64,000 bases of DNA, taken from the IMG/VR virus record IMGVR_UViG_3300044798_000244, positions 1 to 64,000 of that record; one strand, given 5' to 3'. Of this stretch, positions 56,579 through 64,000 are shown in pieces (within the stretch, counting starts at the first letter, position 1; each line of letters starts with the position of its first letter). Under the pieces are notes generated by a model, which searched no databases, was not told where the DNA came from, and saw only the letters and a list, made by a program, of their open reading frames with translations. A program made the position numbers and the translations under genes. The DNA is from a virus. Its lineage: Duplodnaviria > Heunggongvirae > Uroviricota > Caudoviricetes.

Positions 56579-57190
56579 CTACTCAATGCAATCCCCAGGC
56601 TCTAAATTCAACATTCGAATCCGATGCTTAATTCGAAGAAGGCTGTCATGTATTCTACTGCTAATAGTATCACTGCACAACCCCCGCATGGCCGCAATCT
56701 CATTCAACGGAAGCTTCTGAATTTGATGAAGAATGATAAGCTCGAGCTCCTCCTGAGATATCACGTTATCATTGAGCATTCTTTTGAACACTCCATCGAG
56801 ACACTCAGAAGTATTCTCTTGACACAAACCTTCTTCTGGTGGCACCCAGATCTCTTCAAGTTCTGAAGCATTTATTACTCTCGGATGGGGAAAAGCTTGC
56901 AGGATCTCATTCTTGATATATGAAACAAGCCAAGCTGGAATTTTCTCAGGATCTTCTTTAGTAGGAATTCGGAAGGTAGCTTTGTAGATACCTACAGCAC
57001 CAGTGTGATACAAACTATCAAGGGCTTCGTTTCTAAGATGTTTATAATGATGTCGAAGCTGATGAACTACGTGCAAAATCAGCAAATGGGTTTTTGTCAA
57101 GATCTTTTTGAACATCTCATCATCTTGTGTTCTCTGATACTCAGATACAAGATCTCTCAATACCTCATTTGATATTCTCCGAGCGTCCAT
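56579..57190 (-). CDS. RNA polymerase sigma factor, sigma-70 family (regions 2 and 4)
   Basis: Region-2-like LDSLYHTGAVGIYKATFRI. Region-4 helix-turn-helix ISQEELELIILHQIQKLPLNEIAAMRGLCSDTISSRIHDSLLRIKHRI. Confidence 0.55.
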   Translation of the reverse strand: MDARRISNEVLRDLVSEYQRTQDDEMFKKILTKTHLLILHVVHQLRHHYKHLRNEALDSLYHTGAVGIYKATFRIPTKEDPEKIPAWLVSYIKNEILQAFPHPRVINASELEEIWVPPEEGLCQENTSECLDGVFKRMLNDNVISQEELELIILHQIQKLPLNEIAAMRGLCSDTISSRIHDSLLRIKHRIRMLNLEPGDCIE

Positions 57191-57240
57191 TTCTAAATCC
57201 TTTGGTGATATGAAGTTATAAACCTTTGTAGTATCATATC

Positions 57241-57270
57241 ATTATACTCACACCTACTAGCCCTGGTGAA
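57241..57270 (-). promoter_or_regulatory. possible sigma-70-type promoter for the sigma factor gene
   Basis: Minus-strand sense TTCACC, 18 nt, TATAAT, about 50 nt upstream of ATG at 57190. AAAGGA ribosome-binding site. Confidence 0.25.
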
Positions 57271-59296
57271 TGCCCCGCATACGTTTGAGCATGGCTTCGT
57301 ACCTTTTTAGATGCTCTGATTGAAGTTGCAAAGAAGATTCCACAGGTTTTTTCAACAGATCAATCCCTGCTACAGATGAGAGCATCCTGGAAATCTCATC
57401 CTCATCTTTTGGCAAGGACTTCCTCATCAATTCTGTTAGCACCTCTATATCAGGGGGAACCATACATCGCTCTATAGCCAAACTAACTGATCCAGCTACT
57501 GCATCCGCAACATCCTTTGATCCCCTCATCACTATCTCTCTAGTATTTCCATCTTCGAGAAACTCCAGCTCAGCCACCTCATCAGGGTGATCTATTTTAT
57601 TCTTGTCTGGATCATCTTCAAGGTTCTTAAGCTCAAAGTGTAAGTACGGATTGAGAGGAGTTGACCAAAGACCCTCAAACACTCTGTTTCTGAAGTCTCT
57701 ATACCGGTTAGGACTCTTGTCCATTGATAGGTCGCTACAGACCAGCCCAGCCCTCTCAAGAATCTGTTTATCGCTCTCTGTAGCAATAGACAAATCGTAG
57801 GACACTTCGTTGATGTTGAATCCATGAACTACCTTTAGATCCAGAATCAACTTGCGTACCTTGTGAAGAGGTATCCTGTCACCTGGATGACCCCGTATCC
57901 TCATTGCAAAGTCCGTGTAAGCCACAGCTACTTTGTCTACTCGGAATGAACCATCGCTTTCCTCAGCAGTCCTCCTAGCCCAACCAGAGATGCATGACAT
58001 AGCCAGTCCAAGAGAATCACCATCACCTGAGAAGGCGAAGTCCACATGTAGGAACCTTGGAACGTTCCGAGGGATCTTAATAACAGAGAGATCCAGAAAA
58101 TCGAGCAGGTTCACCTCATCATTGAGTCCAGTCTCAATTGTCATCAACTTGACAGGATTTGGATCACTTGTATAACACTTTACCAAGGCACTCTCAGATG
58201 GAAACAACTTCGTCCTTCGAATACTCGAAGTGGAAATACCTGCAATGTCTCTTAGCGCCCCTATAATATCTTTTACAAAAGGCTCAGAGTACTCAACAGG
58301 AACCTCAATAATCTGAAATCCATCCAGAAGCGCTTTCTTCAGATCCTCTTCAGTATCCAGAACCCTTGGAGGATTATGAACATCTCCAATACTGACCTTG
58401 AATTTCTTTCCACAGTAGTGACTGGAGGGTTTAGCATCCCAAATCGGAATATCAACAATCACGACACTCTTAGAATTTTTGTATTTTGCAATGAAAGCGT
58501 TAAGAAATGCCAAACGATCTTGCTTCGAAGCTACCAAAAAGAATCGACCAATAGTCTCCCCATGAATTACAAACCGAGTCTCCAGTCGACGTCGGGCATT
58601 TTCATAGGCCTGAAGAACTTTTTGCCGCTGTATATTGGTTGCTGCGGGGGAATCAACTTCATCCATCAAAGCTATAATAACATCTTCGCCTTGCGATCCG
58701 AAGCCTTGAACAAACGGGGAAGCAAAAGTGTACTTAATAAGAGAAAATTCAACTCGAGGGTGAAGTTCAGAACCCACAACATTCCCATGGGCTCTAAACC
58801 AGGGAGAAGCTAAGAGATGACTTTGAAACAAGGCATACGATCGACTCTCACTTTCGCTCTTGGTGAGGTTGAAAAACACAATGGACATTTGTCCACCAGA
58901 TGTTAGCCCGAAGTGAGCCCAAGGATCTTTCAGGCAAAGTATCCGGCACAAAGTATACAGAGCCCCATAAACCGCCGCTCTGGTTTTTCCTGTTCCTATG
59001 GCACCTGTATACACGTACAGGAATTTACTATCTTCTTTAGCTACTACATCTAGAGAATCTTTCCAAACTGGATAAACTACTTTTCCTTCACCAGTAAGAT
59101 TACCAAGATATTGCGGACTACGAAGAAATTCCTCCATAGTAGGGGGCTTCTCTTTGTAATTCAAAGAGATAGTATAGTCAAGATAGTTCTTGATCATGCC
59201 TTGACTATTTGGAGCTGTCTTCGCCATTGGGTGTGCTTTTTTCTGAACTTTCGAACGTTGCTTCAGTTGCTCCCTCTGCAAGCTTCCGAAGATCAT
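57257..59296 (-). CDS. gp17: terminase large subunit (gp17-like). The true start is probably the internal Met near 59230 or 59200.
   Basis: Walker A VYTGAIGTGKT. Walker B-like IIALMDEVD. C-terminal acidic nuclease-type region. 679 aa. Confidence 0.7.
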   Translation of the reverse strand: MIFGSLQREQLKQRSKVQKKAHPMAKTAPNSQGMIKNYLDYTISLNYKEKPPTMEEFLRSPQYLGNLTGEGKVVYPVWKDSLDVVAKEDSKFLYVYTGAIGTGKTRAAVYGALYTLCRILCLKDPWAHFGLTSGGQMSIVFFNLTKSESESRSYALFQSHLLASPWFRAHGNVVGSELHPRVEFSLIKYTFASPFVQGFGSQGEDVIIALMDEVDSPAATNIQRQKVLQAYENARRRLETRFVIHGETIGRFFLVASKQDRLAFLNAFIAKYKNSKSVVIVDIPIWDAKPSSHYCGKKFKVSIGDVHNPPRVLDTEEDLKKALLDGFQIIEVPVEYSEPFVKDIIGALRDIAGISTSSIRRTKLFPSESALVKCYTSDPNPVKLMTIETGLNDEVNLLDFLDLSVIKIPRNVPRFLHVDFAFSGDGDSLGLAMSCISGWARRTAEESDGSFRVDKVAVAYTDFAMRIRGHPGDRIPLHKVRKLILDLKVVHGFNINEVSYDLSIATESDKQILERAGLVCSDLSMDKSPNRYRDFRNRVFEGLWSTPLNPYLHFELKNLEDDPDKNKIDHPDEVAELEFLEDGNTREIVMRGSKDVADAVAGSVSLAIERCMVPPDIEVLTELMRKSLPKDEDEISRMLSSVAGIDLLKKPVESSLQLQSEHLKRYEAMLKRMRGIHQG

Positions 59297-59945
59297 GTAT
59301 CAAGTGTTCTCTTTCGACAGGTGACATGTCATCCACCTTCTGAGCTATTCGTGCATCAATCTGAACCGGACCAGTAGTAACTTGGTTATTTTGCTGCTGT
59401 CCAACAATAAGAAAATTCTTCTGATTAACAACTGGGGCAGATTCTTGTGGAGCTGTGAAACCCATCTGCTTAGCAAAATTGATCAGGTGATCAGACTCTG
59501 CTCGCATTTCCTGAATGAGCTTGATTTTCAACTTCTGCAGCGCTTCATTACGAACAACACGAACACCACAGTTGATACTGCACTTCGCACAAACATAGTA
59601 AATGTTCCCACCCAGCCCATGTTCCACCACTGGAGCTTCGCAACAGACAGACTCCATAGCCTCATCCTTACCATCCCACAACTGGAACATCGCTTCAAGC
59701 TTAGCACATCGTTCTTGTGAGCCTTGAACAATCTGTCGTGATAAATTAGCAGCTACTTGAACAGCTACATCTTTGTCCATAGTCCGTTTGAATCTCTGCT
59801 TGATCCGGACAACTTCTTCCACAGAGATATCGCAGTTGAAGATCTCTGATGCCTTCTCAGCGACCTTCTTCATATCCTGAGGATATCGCAAGATCAAAAA
59901 TCTGACCTGCTCTTCCCAATTTAATTTCTGGATATTATGACTCAT
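59205..59945 (-). CDS. terminase small subunit candidate
   Basis: 246 aa, immediately upstream of the large terminase gene. Cys cluster CCEAP...CAKCSINCG. Confidence 0.4.
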   Translation of the reverse strand: MSHNIQKLNWEEQVRFLILRYPQDMKKVAEKASEIFNCDISVEEVVRIKQRFKRTMDKDVAVQVAANLSRQIVQGSQERCAKLEAMFQLWDGKDEAMESVCCEAPVVEHGLGGNIYYVCAKCSINCGVRVVRNEALQKLKIKLIQEMRAESDHLINFAKQMGFTAPQESAPVVNQKNFLIVGQQQNNQVTTGPVQIDARIAQKVDDMSPVEREHLIHDLRKLAEGATEATFESSEKSTPNGEDSSK

Positions 59946-59954
59946 TACAAAAAC

Positions 59955-60341
59955 TCAGAACTCCACTACTCCACTAATATCTGCCACACCACAGAGTACG
60001 ATAGAATACTCTTTTCCATCTGGGGCGGTTTCGATATGCCGCCAGGGGACTGTCTGATCATATTTGACGTAAATGCCAGGCACTAGGTCTTTCGGAACGC
60101 TACGCCACCTTCCCTTATCAGTGAAGAACCCCGGCCCCACTGCCAAGAGAATCCCAATACCTTGTCCATACTCCTGACGAAGCTTCTCCGGTATCTCAAT
60201 CACACCACCAGGAATATACTTCTCCGGAGGAGGGCATGGAAAGATAAACACTCGATCAGCCGTTGGCCGCCAAGGAAACCTCACCTTGCCCCGAACATGG
60301 AACGGTGTTAGTTGCTTCATTGAAAACCTCAATCTTTGCAT
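59955..60341 (-). CDS. groES: GroES-family co-chaperonin. The track ORF extends to 60416, overlapping the QueD gene, so an internal Met start is assumed.
   Basis: DRVFIFPCPPPEKYIPGGVIEIP...GILLAVGPGFFTDKG...VPGIYVKYDQ...DGKEYSIVLCGVADISGVVE aligns along the length of GroES (DRVIVKR..SAGGIVL..VLAVGNG..VGDIVIF..EEVLIM.E.DILA). Confidence 0.55.
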   Translation of the reverse strand: MQRLRFSMKQLTPFHVRGKVRFPWRPTADRVFIFPCPPPEKYIPGGVIEIPEKLRQEYGQGIGILLAVGPGFFTDKGRWRSVPKDLVPGIYVKYDQTVPWRHIETAPDGKEYSIVLCGVADISGVVEF

Positions 60342-60673
60342 TCGTAGGTAGCAATGTTTCCTTCGGACTCCTGAACATCCACACGATAGCAGGTTGGTAT
60401 CTTGAGACAGATCCATTCAGCGATGTTTTCCGCTGTAGGATTGACATCCAGAACATCATTCAGATACTTATGATCAAGGGCATCTACTACAACCTCTTTG
60501 ATTACTGTAAAGTCGACCACCATTCCATTGTTAGCCTTGACCTCTTCATCTGTGGCTTGGCAGTACGTAGTGACTATCCAAGAGTGGCCGTGAAGATTTT
60601 GGCACTTACTTCTGTAAGGCAGATCTAACTTATGTGCCCCCGCTATTTCTATTCGTTTCTGAATTCGGAACAT
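60329..60673 (-). CDS. queD: 6-carboxy-5,6,7,8-tetrahydropterin synthase QueD (PTPS family)
   Basis: AHKL...CQNLHGHSW (CxxxHGH zinc site). DHKYLNDV and ESEGNIATYE align with E. coli QueD. Confidence 0.7.
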   Translation of the reverse strand: MFRIQKRIEIAGAHKLDLPYRSKCQNLHGHSWIVTTYCQATDEEVKANNGMVVDFTVIKEVVVDALDHKYLNDVLDVNPTAENIAEWICLKIPTCYRVDVQESEGNIATYECKD

Positions 60674-60685
60674 CTTTCTCTCCTA

Positions 60686-61258
60686 TTACTTTTCATCTGG
60701 TACTTCATAGATTTCACTAAGATGCCTATACATTTCTCCACAGCCCATTCCACATCCGGCCAAGAACTTATCACCTGTGTATCTGAAGCCTGCGATGGTG
60801 GGGCCAAGTTCAGCAACCCCTGTCGTATTGATTTTGTGAACCAGGGCTGCTGTCCTCAAGTGGGCTGGCTTCATCAGACTGATAATCTCGAAGGCCTTCA
60901 TCATCGTCGCTCCAGTGTCCCAAATATCATCGATGATCCAGACATTTGAGTCCTGAACATCTTCAATAGATAAGTCAAGAGTTGAGGTAACTTTCATCTG
61001 ATCGGGTTGGCGACCATTTCCATAGCTGGAGATTCCCATGTGACCAATTCGAACATCTTTAACGTAGTTATCAAGATGATGAAGAATTTGGTATGCAGTC
61101 CAAAGACCCCCTTTGAGAATAGCAATAAGAACCAGAGTGCCAGGTATCTTTCCTACAATTCTACCAAGCACTTCTCCTGCGATGTTGAGACGGAGATTTC
61201 GAATCGCTTCCTCTACATCTATTTGAGAGTAAAGAAGACTCCAATCTTGTGTTTTCAT
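60686..61258 (-). CDS. purine phosphoribosyltransferase (type I phosphoribosyltransferase, HPRT/XGPRT-like)
   Basis: PRPP-binding motif VWIIDDIWDTGATM. Upstream LIAILKGG loop. 190 aa. Confidence 0.6.
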   Translation of the reverse strand: MKTQDWSLLYSQIDVEEAIRNLRLNIAGEVLGRIVGKIPGTLVLIAILKGGLWTAYQILHHLDNYVKDVRIGHMGISSYGNGRQPDQMKVTSTLDLSIEDVQDSNVWIIDDIWDTGATMMKAFEIISLMKPAHLRTAALVHKINTTGVAELGPTIAGFRYTGDKFLAGCGMGCGEMYRHLSEIYEVPDEK

Positions 61259-61869
61259 CTAATCTTCTCCACTGTGCTTGTTCCATTGGTAATAATCACA
61301 CGGTATGACACATCTGCAATAGAAGCGAGCTCTTGCTCATGCGTTACCAGAATGAATTGCACACCAAGACGTTCCGAGAGGCTCTTGATCATCACACCAA
61401 TCGCCTCAAGGCGTCCTGAATCCACATTTTTCAGGGGCTCATCAAAGATAAGAACTGGTTCAGTCCTGTTAACTTGTAGTGCCCAGAAGGTAACCCTGAG
61501 AACAAATGAGCAGACATCAACTACCCCACCCCCAAGTTCATCTTTCAGTGAATGTTGATAGTCGTCGATGACGACCCACATCTGGGCCTCGGCCTGGCTT
61601 CGGCTCACTGTACTCTCAATCTCGAATGAGTAATTATCACCAAAGACGTAGTGAAGAGCTTCAGTGACCAGAGCTTCAACCACACCTTTGAACTCTGTCT
61701 GGGCCAGAACACCTACAGTGGTAATCACATTCTGGGCAGATACTAGGTTAGCGAGCTTCTCTTTAAGGTTCAGGAGCTCGTTCTGACTCGCTGCCAGTTG
61801 TGATTCCAGGAGCTGTTTCTTGGTTCTGGTCTCCACCAGAAACGTTCTGTACTTGCTCAATGTTGTCAT
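61255..61869 (-). CDS. Rad50/SbcC-like ABC ATPase, C-terminal half only
   Basis: Coiled-coil lead-in. Signature-like KDELGGG. Walker B / D-loop PVLIFDEPLKNVD. H-loop QFILVTHEQEL. There is no Walker A anywhere in this ORF. Confidence 0.55.
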   Translation of the reverse strand: MTTLSKYRTFLVETRTKKQLLESQLAASQNELLNLKEKLANLVSAQNVITTVGVLAQTEFKGVVEALVTEALHYVFGDNYSFEIESTVSRSQAEAQMWVVIDDYQHSLKDELGGGVVDVCSFVLRVTFWALQVNRTEPVLIFDEPLKNVDSGRLEAIGVMIKSLSERLGVQFILVTHEQELASIADVSYRVIITNGTSTVEKIR

Positions 61870-62146
61870 CTACTGGTACCGGAACATATAATTCGATTTT
61901 GGTTCCTATCTGGAGCTTCGCGACAGGAAACGTCAGTGGTTGGGCAGGCGACATATTTACATGGTCGTGACCTTTTCCATCGAAGGTCTTCCACATCTTG
62001 AAGCCGGTGATGTCATCACTCCCCAGGACAGCATAGCCAGCAAGCACCAGCCTAGTGTGCAATGGCTGTTCTTTCCCCGTGCTCACCCCGGGCTTGGCAT
62101 GATGAACCTTTCGGCGGTGATGGTTACGGTTTTTGGGCTGAGCCAT
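61763..62146 (-). CDS. hypothetical His/Arg-rich protein, or a frame fragment of a disrupted Rad50 gene
   Basis: 127-aa ORF overlapping the start of 61255..61869 in another frame. It would leave a 255-nt non-coding gap if not coding. Confidence 0.25.
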   Translation of the reverse strand: MAQPKNRNHHRRKVHHAKPGVSTGKEQPLHTRLVLAGYAVLGSDDITGFKMWKTFDGKGHDHVNMSPAQPLTFPVAKLQIGTKIELYVPVPVDDNIEQVQNVSGGDQNQETAPGITTGSESERAPEP

Positions 62147-62411
62147 TCAAACCTCCTGTGCTTGGCGCTATAGCTATTTGTATAATCTGCTCCAACTCTG
62201 TATTGAGGGCTTGAAGACCTTGTTCGGTCTGGGCGATCTCCTCGCCTATTGTATTGAGCCTCTCTACTGCGGCCTCGACAGTATCTAATTCGAATCCTTG
62301 TTTCAGTTGAGTCCTCAGCTGGTCCTCTTGACCCTGACGTCTCTGCTCGCGATTCCGGAGGTCTTGTATTTGCTGTTCCTTACGACGAAGATCAGCTACT
62401 ATATCACTCAC
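62124..62411 (-). CDS. coiled-coil protein, possibly a Rad50 coiled-coil fragment
   Basis: 95 aa of continuous heptad coiled coil (LRRKEQQIQDLRNREQRRQGQEDQLRTQLKQ...). ATGA-type overlap with the Mre11 gene. Confidence 0.3.
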   Translation of the reverse strand: MSDIVADLRRKEQQIQDLRNREQRRQGQEDQLRTQLKQGFELDTVEAAVERLNTIGEEIAQTEQGLQALNTELEQIIQIAIAPSTGGLNGSAQKP

Positions 62412-63325
62412 TTTATAGCCTCCTCAAGAGCACTATCAAGTTCATCTTTCACACCTTGACCAACATTCATCTTGTCCATAACACGAAGCAAAATACTCTT
62501 CCAACCTTCTGATGCTCCTCTCGAGTTGAGCATCTTTTCTATGAATCTCTCGAGCACATTTGTATTCTTCACTTCAGGTGATGACAAATCGAACACGGCC
62601 TCGGCCGGCTCGATCTGCAACTCATATGTCTTCACTTGAAGATCCGGGATGCTGACAACACACACTGAAGGTTTCAGATCAAACTTCAGGTCGGTCATTG
62701 TCTGTCTAACAATGGCTCCAACATTGATAATCACTCGACCATTCCATCGATCAACAAATGGGTAGTGATAATCTCCAACTAACACCAAATTATAGTCCTG
62801 ATGAACTCGAAGAAATGCTCGGGGCTCTTCAAGTACTTGTCCCGGGAATAGCGGACGATTTCCAATCATCCGATGGGTGACTAAAATGTTAAAGTCGTCC
62901 CGGCTCTGCACCTTAGGAATCATCTCACCAAACGAAGCTCCATAGGCACGAACTCCTGGCATGATTACTATGGAATAGTGATCTAAGATCTGCACCACAC
63001 CAGCAGACTCAAGAACCCGGATAGGACTATTTGGCAGTGTATTAACTGAGTGTCCTGCTACATCATGTTGACCCCAACAAGATAAAATAGGACTTTTCTT
63101 CGTTCGTAAGTACTCAATCAGTGTAGCCTTCACCCGATTAGCTACCGTCGGAGAATCAAAGAAATCTCCAGCCTGGAGGACAGCTTGACATCCTTCAGAG
63201 TCAAAGATTCCATACGCCTGATCCAGCTTGTTCATCTGGGTAGCGAAGTAGTTGTCTCTTCGTCTTTTTGGTGCTACATTGGTGAAGTGAGTATCACCTA
63301 GGAGACCAATCTTGATTGATTCCAT
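62408..63325 (-). CDS. Mre11/SbcD-type nuclease (gp47-like metallophosphoesterase)
   Basis: Motifs in canonical order: GDTHF (I), GDFFD (II), GQHD (III), ILVTHR (IV), GDYHY (V). Confidence 0.65.
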   Translation of the reverse strand: MESIKIGLLGDTHFTNVAPKRRRDNYFATQMNKLDQAYGIFDSEGCQAVLQAGDFFDSPTVANRVKATLIEYLRTKKSPILSCWGQHDVAGHSVNTLPNSPIRVLESAGVVQILDHYSIVIMPGVRAYGASFGEMIPKVQSRDDFNILVTHRMIGNRPLFPGQVLEEPRAFLRVHQDYNLVLVGDYHYPFVDRWNGRVIINVGAIVRQTMTDLKFDLKPSVCVVSIPDLQVKTYELQIEPAEAVFDLSSPEVKNTNVLERFIEKMLNSRGASEGWKSILLRVMDKMNVGQGVKDELDSALEEAIK

Positions 63326-63654
63326 GCTGCGAGATCCTTGTTAAGTGCATGTATGAACAGCATGTATGATTCGTCTATCATCATCTGATACAGCTTTTCA
63401 TCGTTCCTGTCCTTCGCCAGCCAGAGATTAGTACGATCGGAAACGAACTTCTGAAACAACTCCACAGTACCAGGTCGAACACATTCAAGGTGAACAACCT
63501 CTTCGCCATGCATAAGAACAGCGATATCTGCTCCTGAGATACCAAGCCGACTGCATTCCCGGCAACACATGTCTGCTTCCCGGGCCTGCTGTGGATCCCA
63601 ATGTCGGGGTGGTGTGATCTTCTGAGTCTTGACAGGATTTGCTTCGCTTCTCAT
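63298..63654 (-). CDS. hypothetical protein
   Basis: 118 aa. ATGA overlap with the upstream ORF. Confidence 0.35.
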   Translation of the reverse strand: MRSEANPVKTQKITPPRHWDPQQAREADMCCRECSRLGISGADIAVLMHGEEVVHLECVRPGTVELFQKFVSDRTNLWLAKDRNDEKLYQMMIDESYMLFIHALNKDLAAWNQSRLVS

Positions 63655-64000
63655 TTGCTGTGCTCCAGTAGATGCTTCTGTGTTACTTTTGTTAGAGGAC
63701 TACTGCACCAAGGACACGTAGTAAGCTGAAATAGAAGTTTTTGCTTTTCCTGCTCCATCTTACTCACTGAATCATCTGCCCCTTGACCTTCATTCACGCA
63801 CTTTCTAAGTGCTTCTACAATCGTATACAGCTTCTGAAGGTTGGTGCACAGTGTATTATACTGTTGGACCAGCTGTTCTCTTCTACTTAGCACCTCGTCA
63901 AGATTGGCTGGGAACACAACCTTATTCGCACAAGCAGACCTCAATCCTTCAATGAGAGCTTGGAGAGCATGGTACAAGCTTCTTTGTTGCAAGAAAGCTT
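63651..64000 (-). CDS. hypothetical protein, 5'-partial, with a C-terminal CPWC
   Basis: The frame stays open to the window edge. The listed start is a TTG, so the N-terminus lies beyond 64000. Confidence 0.35.
   Translation of the reverse strand, partial: AFLQQRSLYHALQALIEGLRSACANKVVFPANLDEVLSRREQLVQQYNTLCTNLQKLYTIVEALRKCVNEGQGADDSVSKMEQEKQKLLFQLTTCPWCSSPLTKVTQKHLLEHSK

Overview
All 64 kb reads as one phage region: a large, divergent T4-like contractile-tailed phage (myovirus). Essentially every credible gene is on the minus strand, tightly packed, often with ATGA stop/start overlaps. Plus-strand ORFs look like frame shadows.

Gene order on the minus strand, from high to low coordinate:
- a partial unknown ORF, a Mre11/SbcD nuclease, and a Rad50/SbcC-like ATPase that appears fragmented or N-terminally truncated
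- a purine phosphoribosyltransferase, QueD (6-carboxy-tetrahydropterin synthase), and a GroES homolog
- small and large terminase subunits
- a sigma-70-family sigma factor and an FmdB zinc-ribbon protein
- a T4-type dNMP kinase and a radical-SAM-like protein
- the portal protein
- a metallophosphoesterase, a second GroES fused to a zinc ribbon, lipoproteins, a secreted S1 protease, and many small Cys-rich proteins
- the head module: an acidic internal or core protein, a gp21 prohead protease fused to a long acidic extension, and the gp23 major capsid protein, which is interrupted by an endonuclease-containing insertion
- large unknown proteins, including a SWIM-finger protein and a nucleotidyltransferase-fold protein
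- a gp15-like protein, a protein with leucine-rich-repeat-like tandem repeats, the gp18 sheath, gp19 tube, tape measure, and a P2/Mu-type simple baseplate (gpD, gpV, spike, PAAR, gpW/gp25, gpJ, gpI), ending in a partial fiber.

Five homing-endonuclease-like genes punctuate the structural module. Three are paralogs with zinc ribbon, NUMOD3 repeats and a Vsr-like nuclease. One combines a zinc ribbon with a PD-(D/E)xK nuclease and sits inside the capsid-gene insertion. One is an HNH endonuclease.

The most interesting points:
- the intron-like split of the major capsid gene
- a possible nucleotide-level 7-deazapurine (QueD-centred) modification module
- a nearly identical 62-bp repeat encoding a protease-site-like peptide in two head proteins
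- the fragmented Rad50
- the leucine-rich-repeat-like tandem-repeat protein
- a roughly 1 kb structured region of low coding density.

No tRNA or CRISPR array could be recognised by eye. Homology calls rest on motif and remembered-sequence comparison, not on searches.
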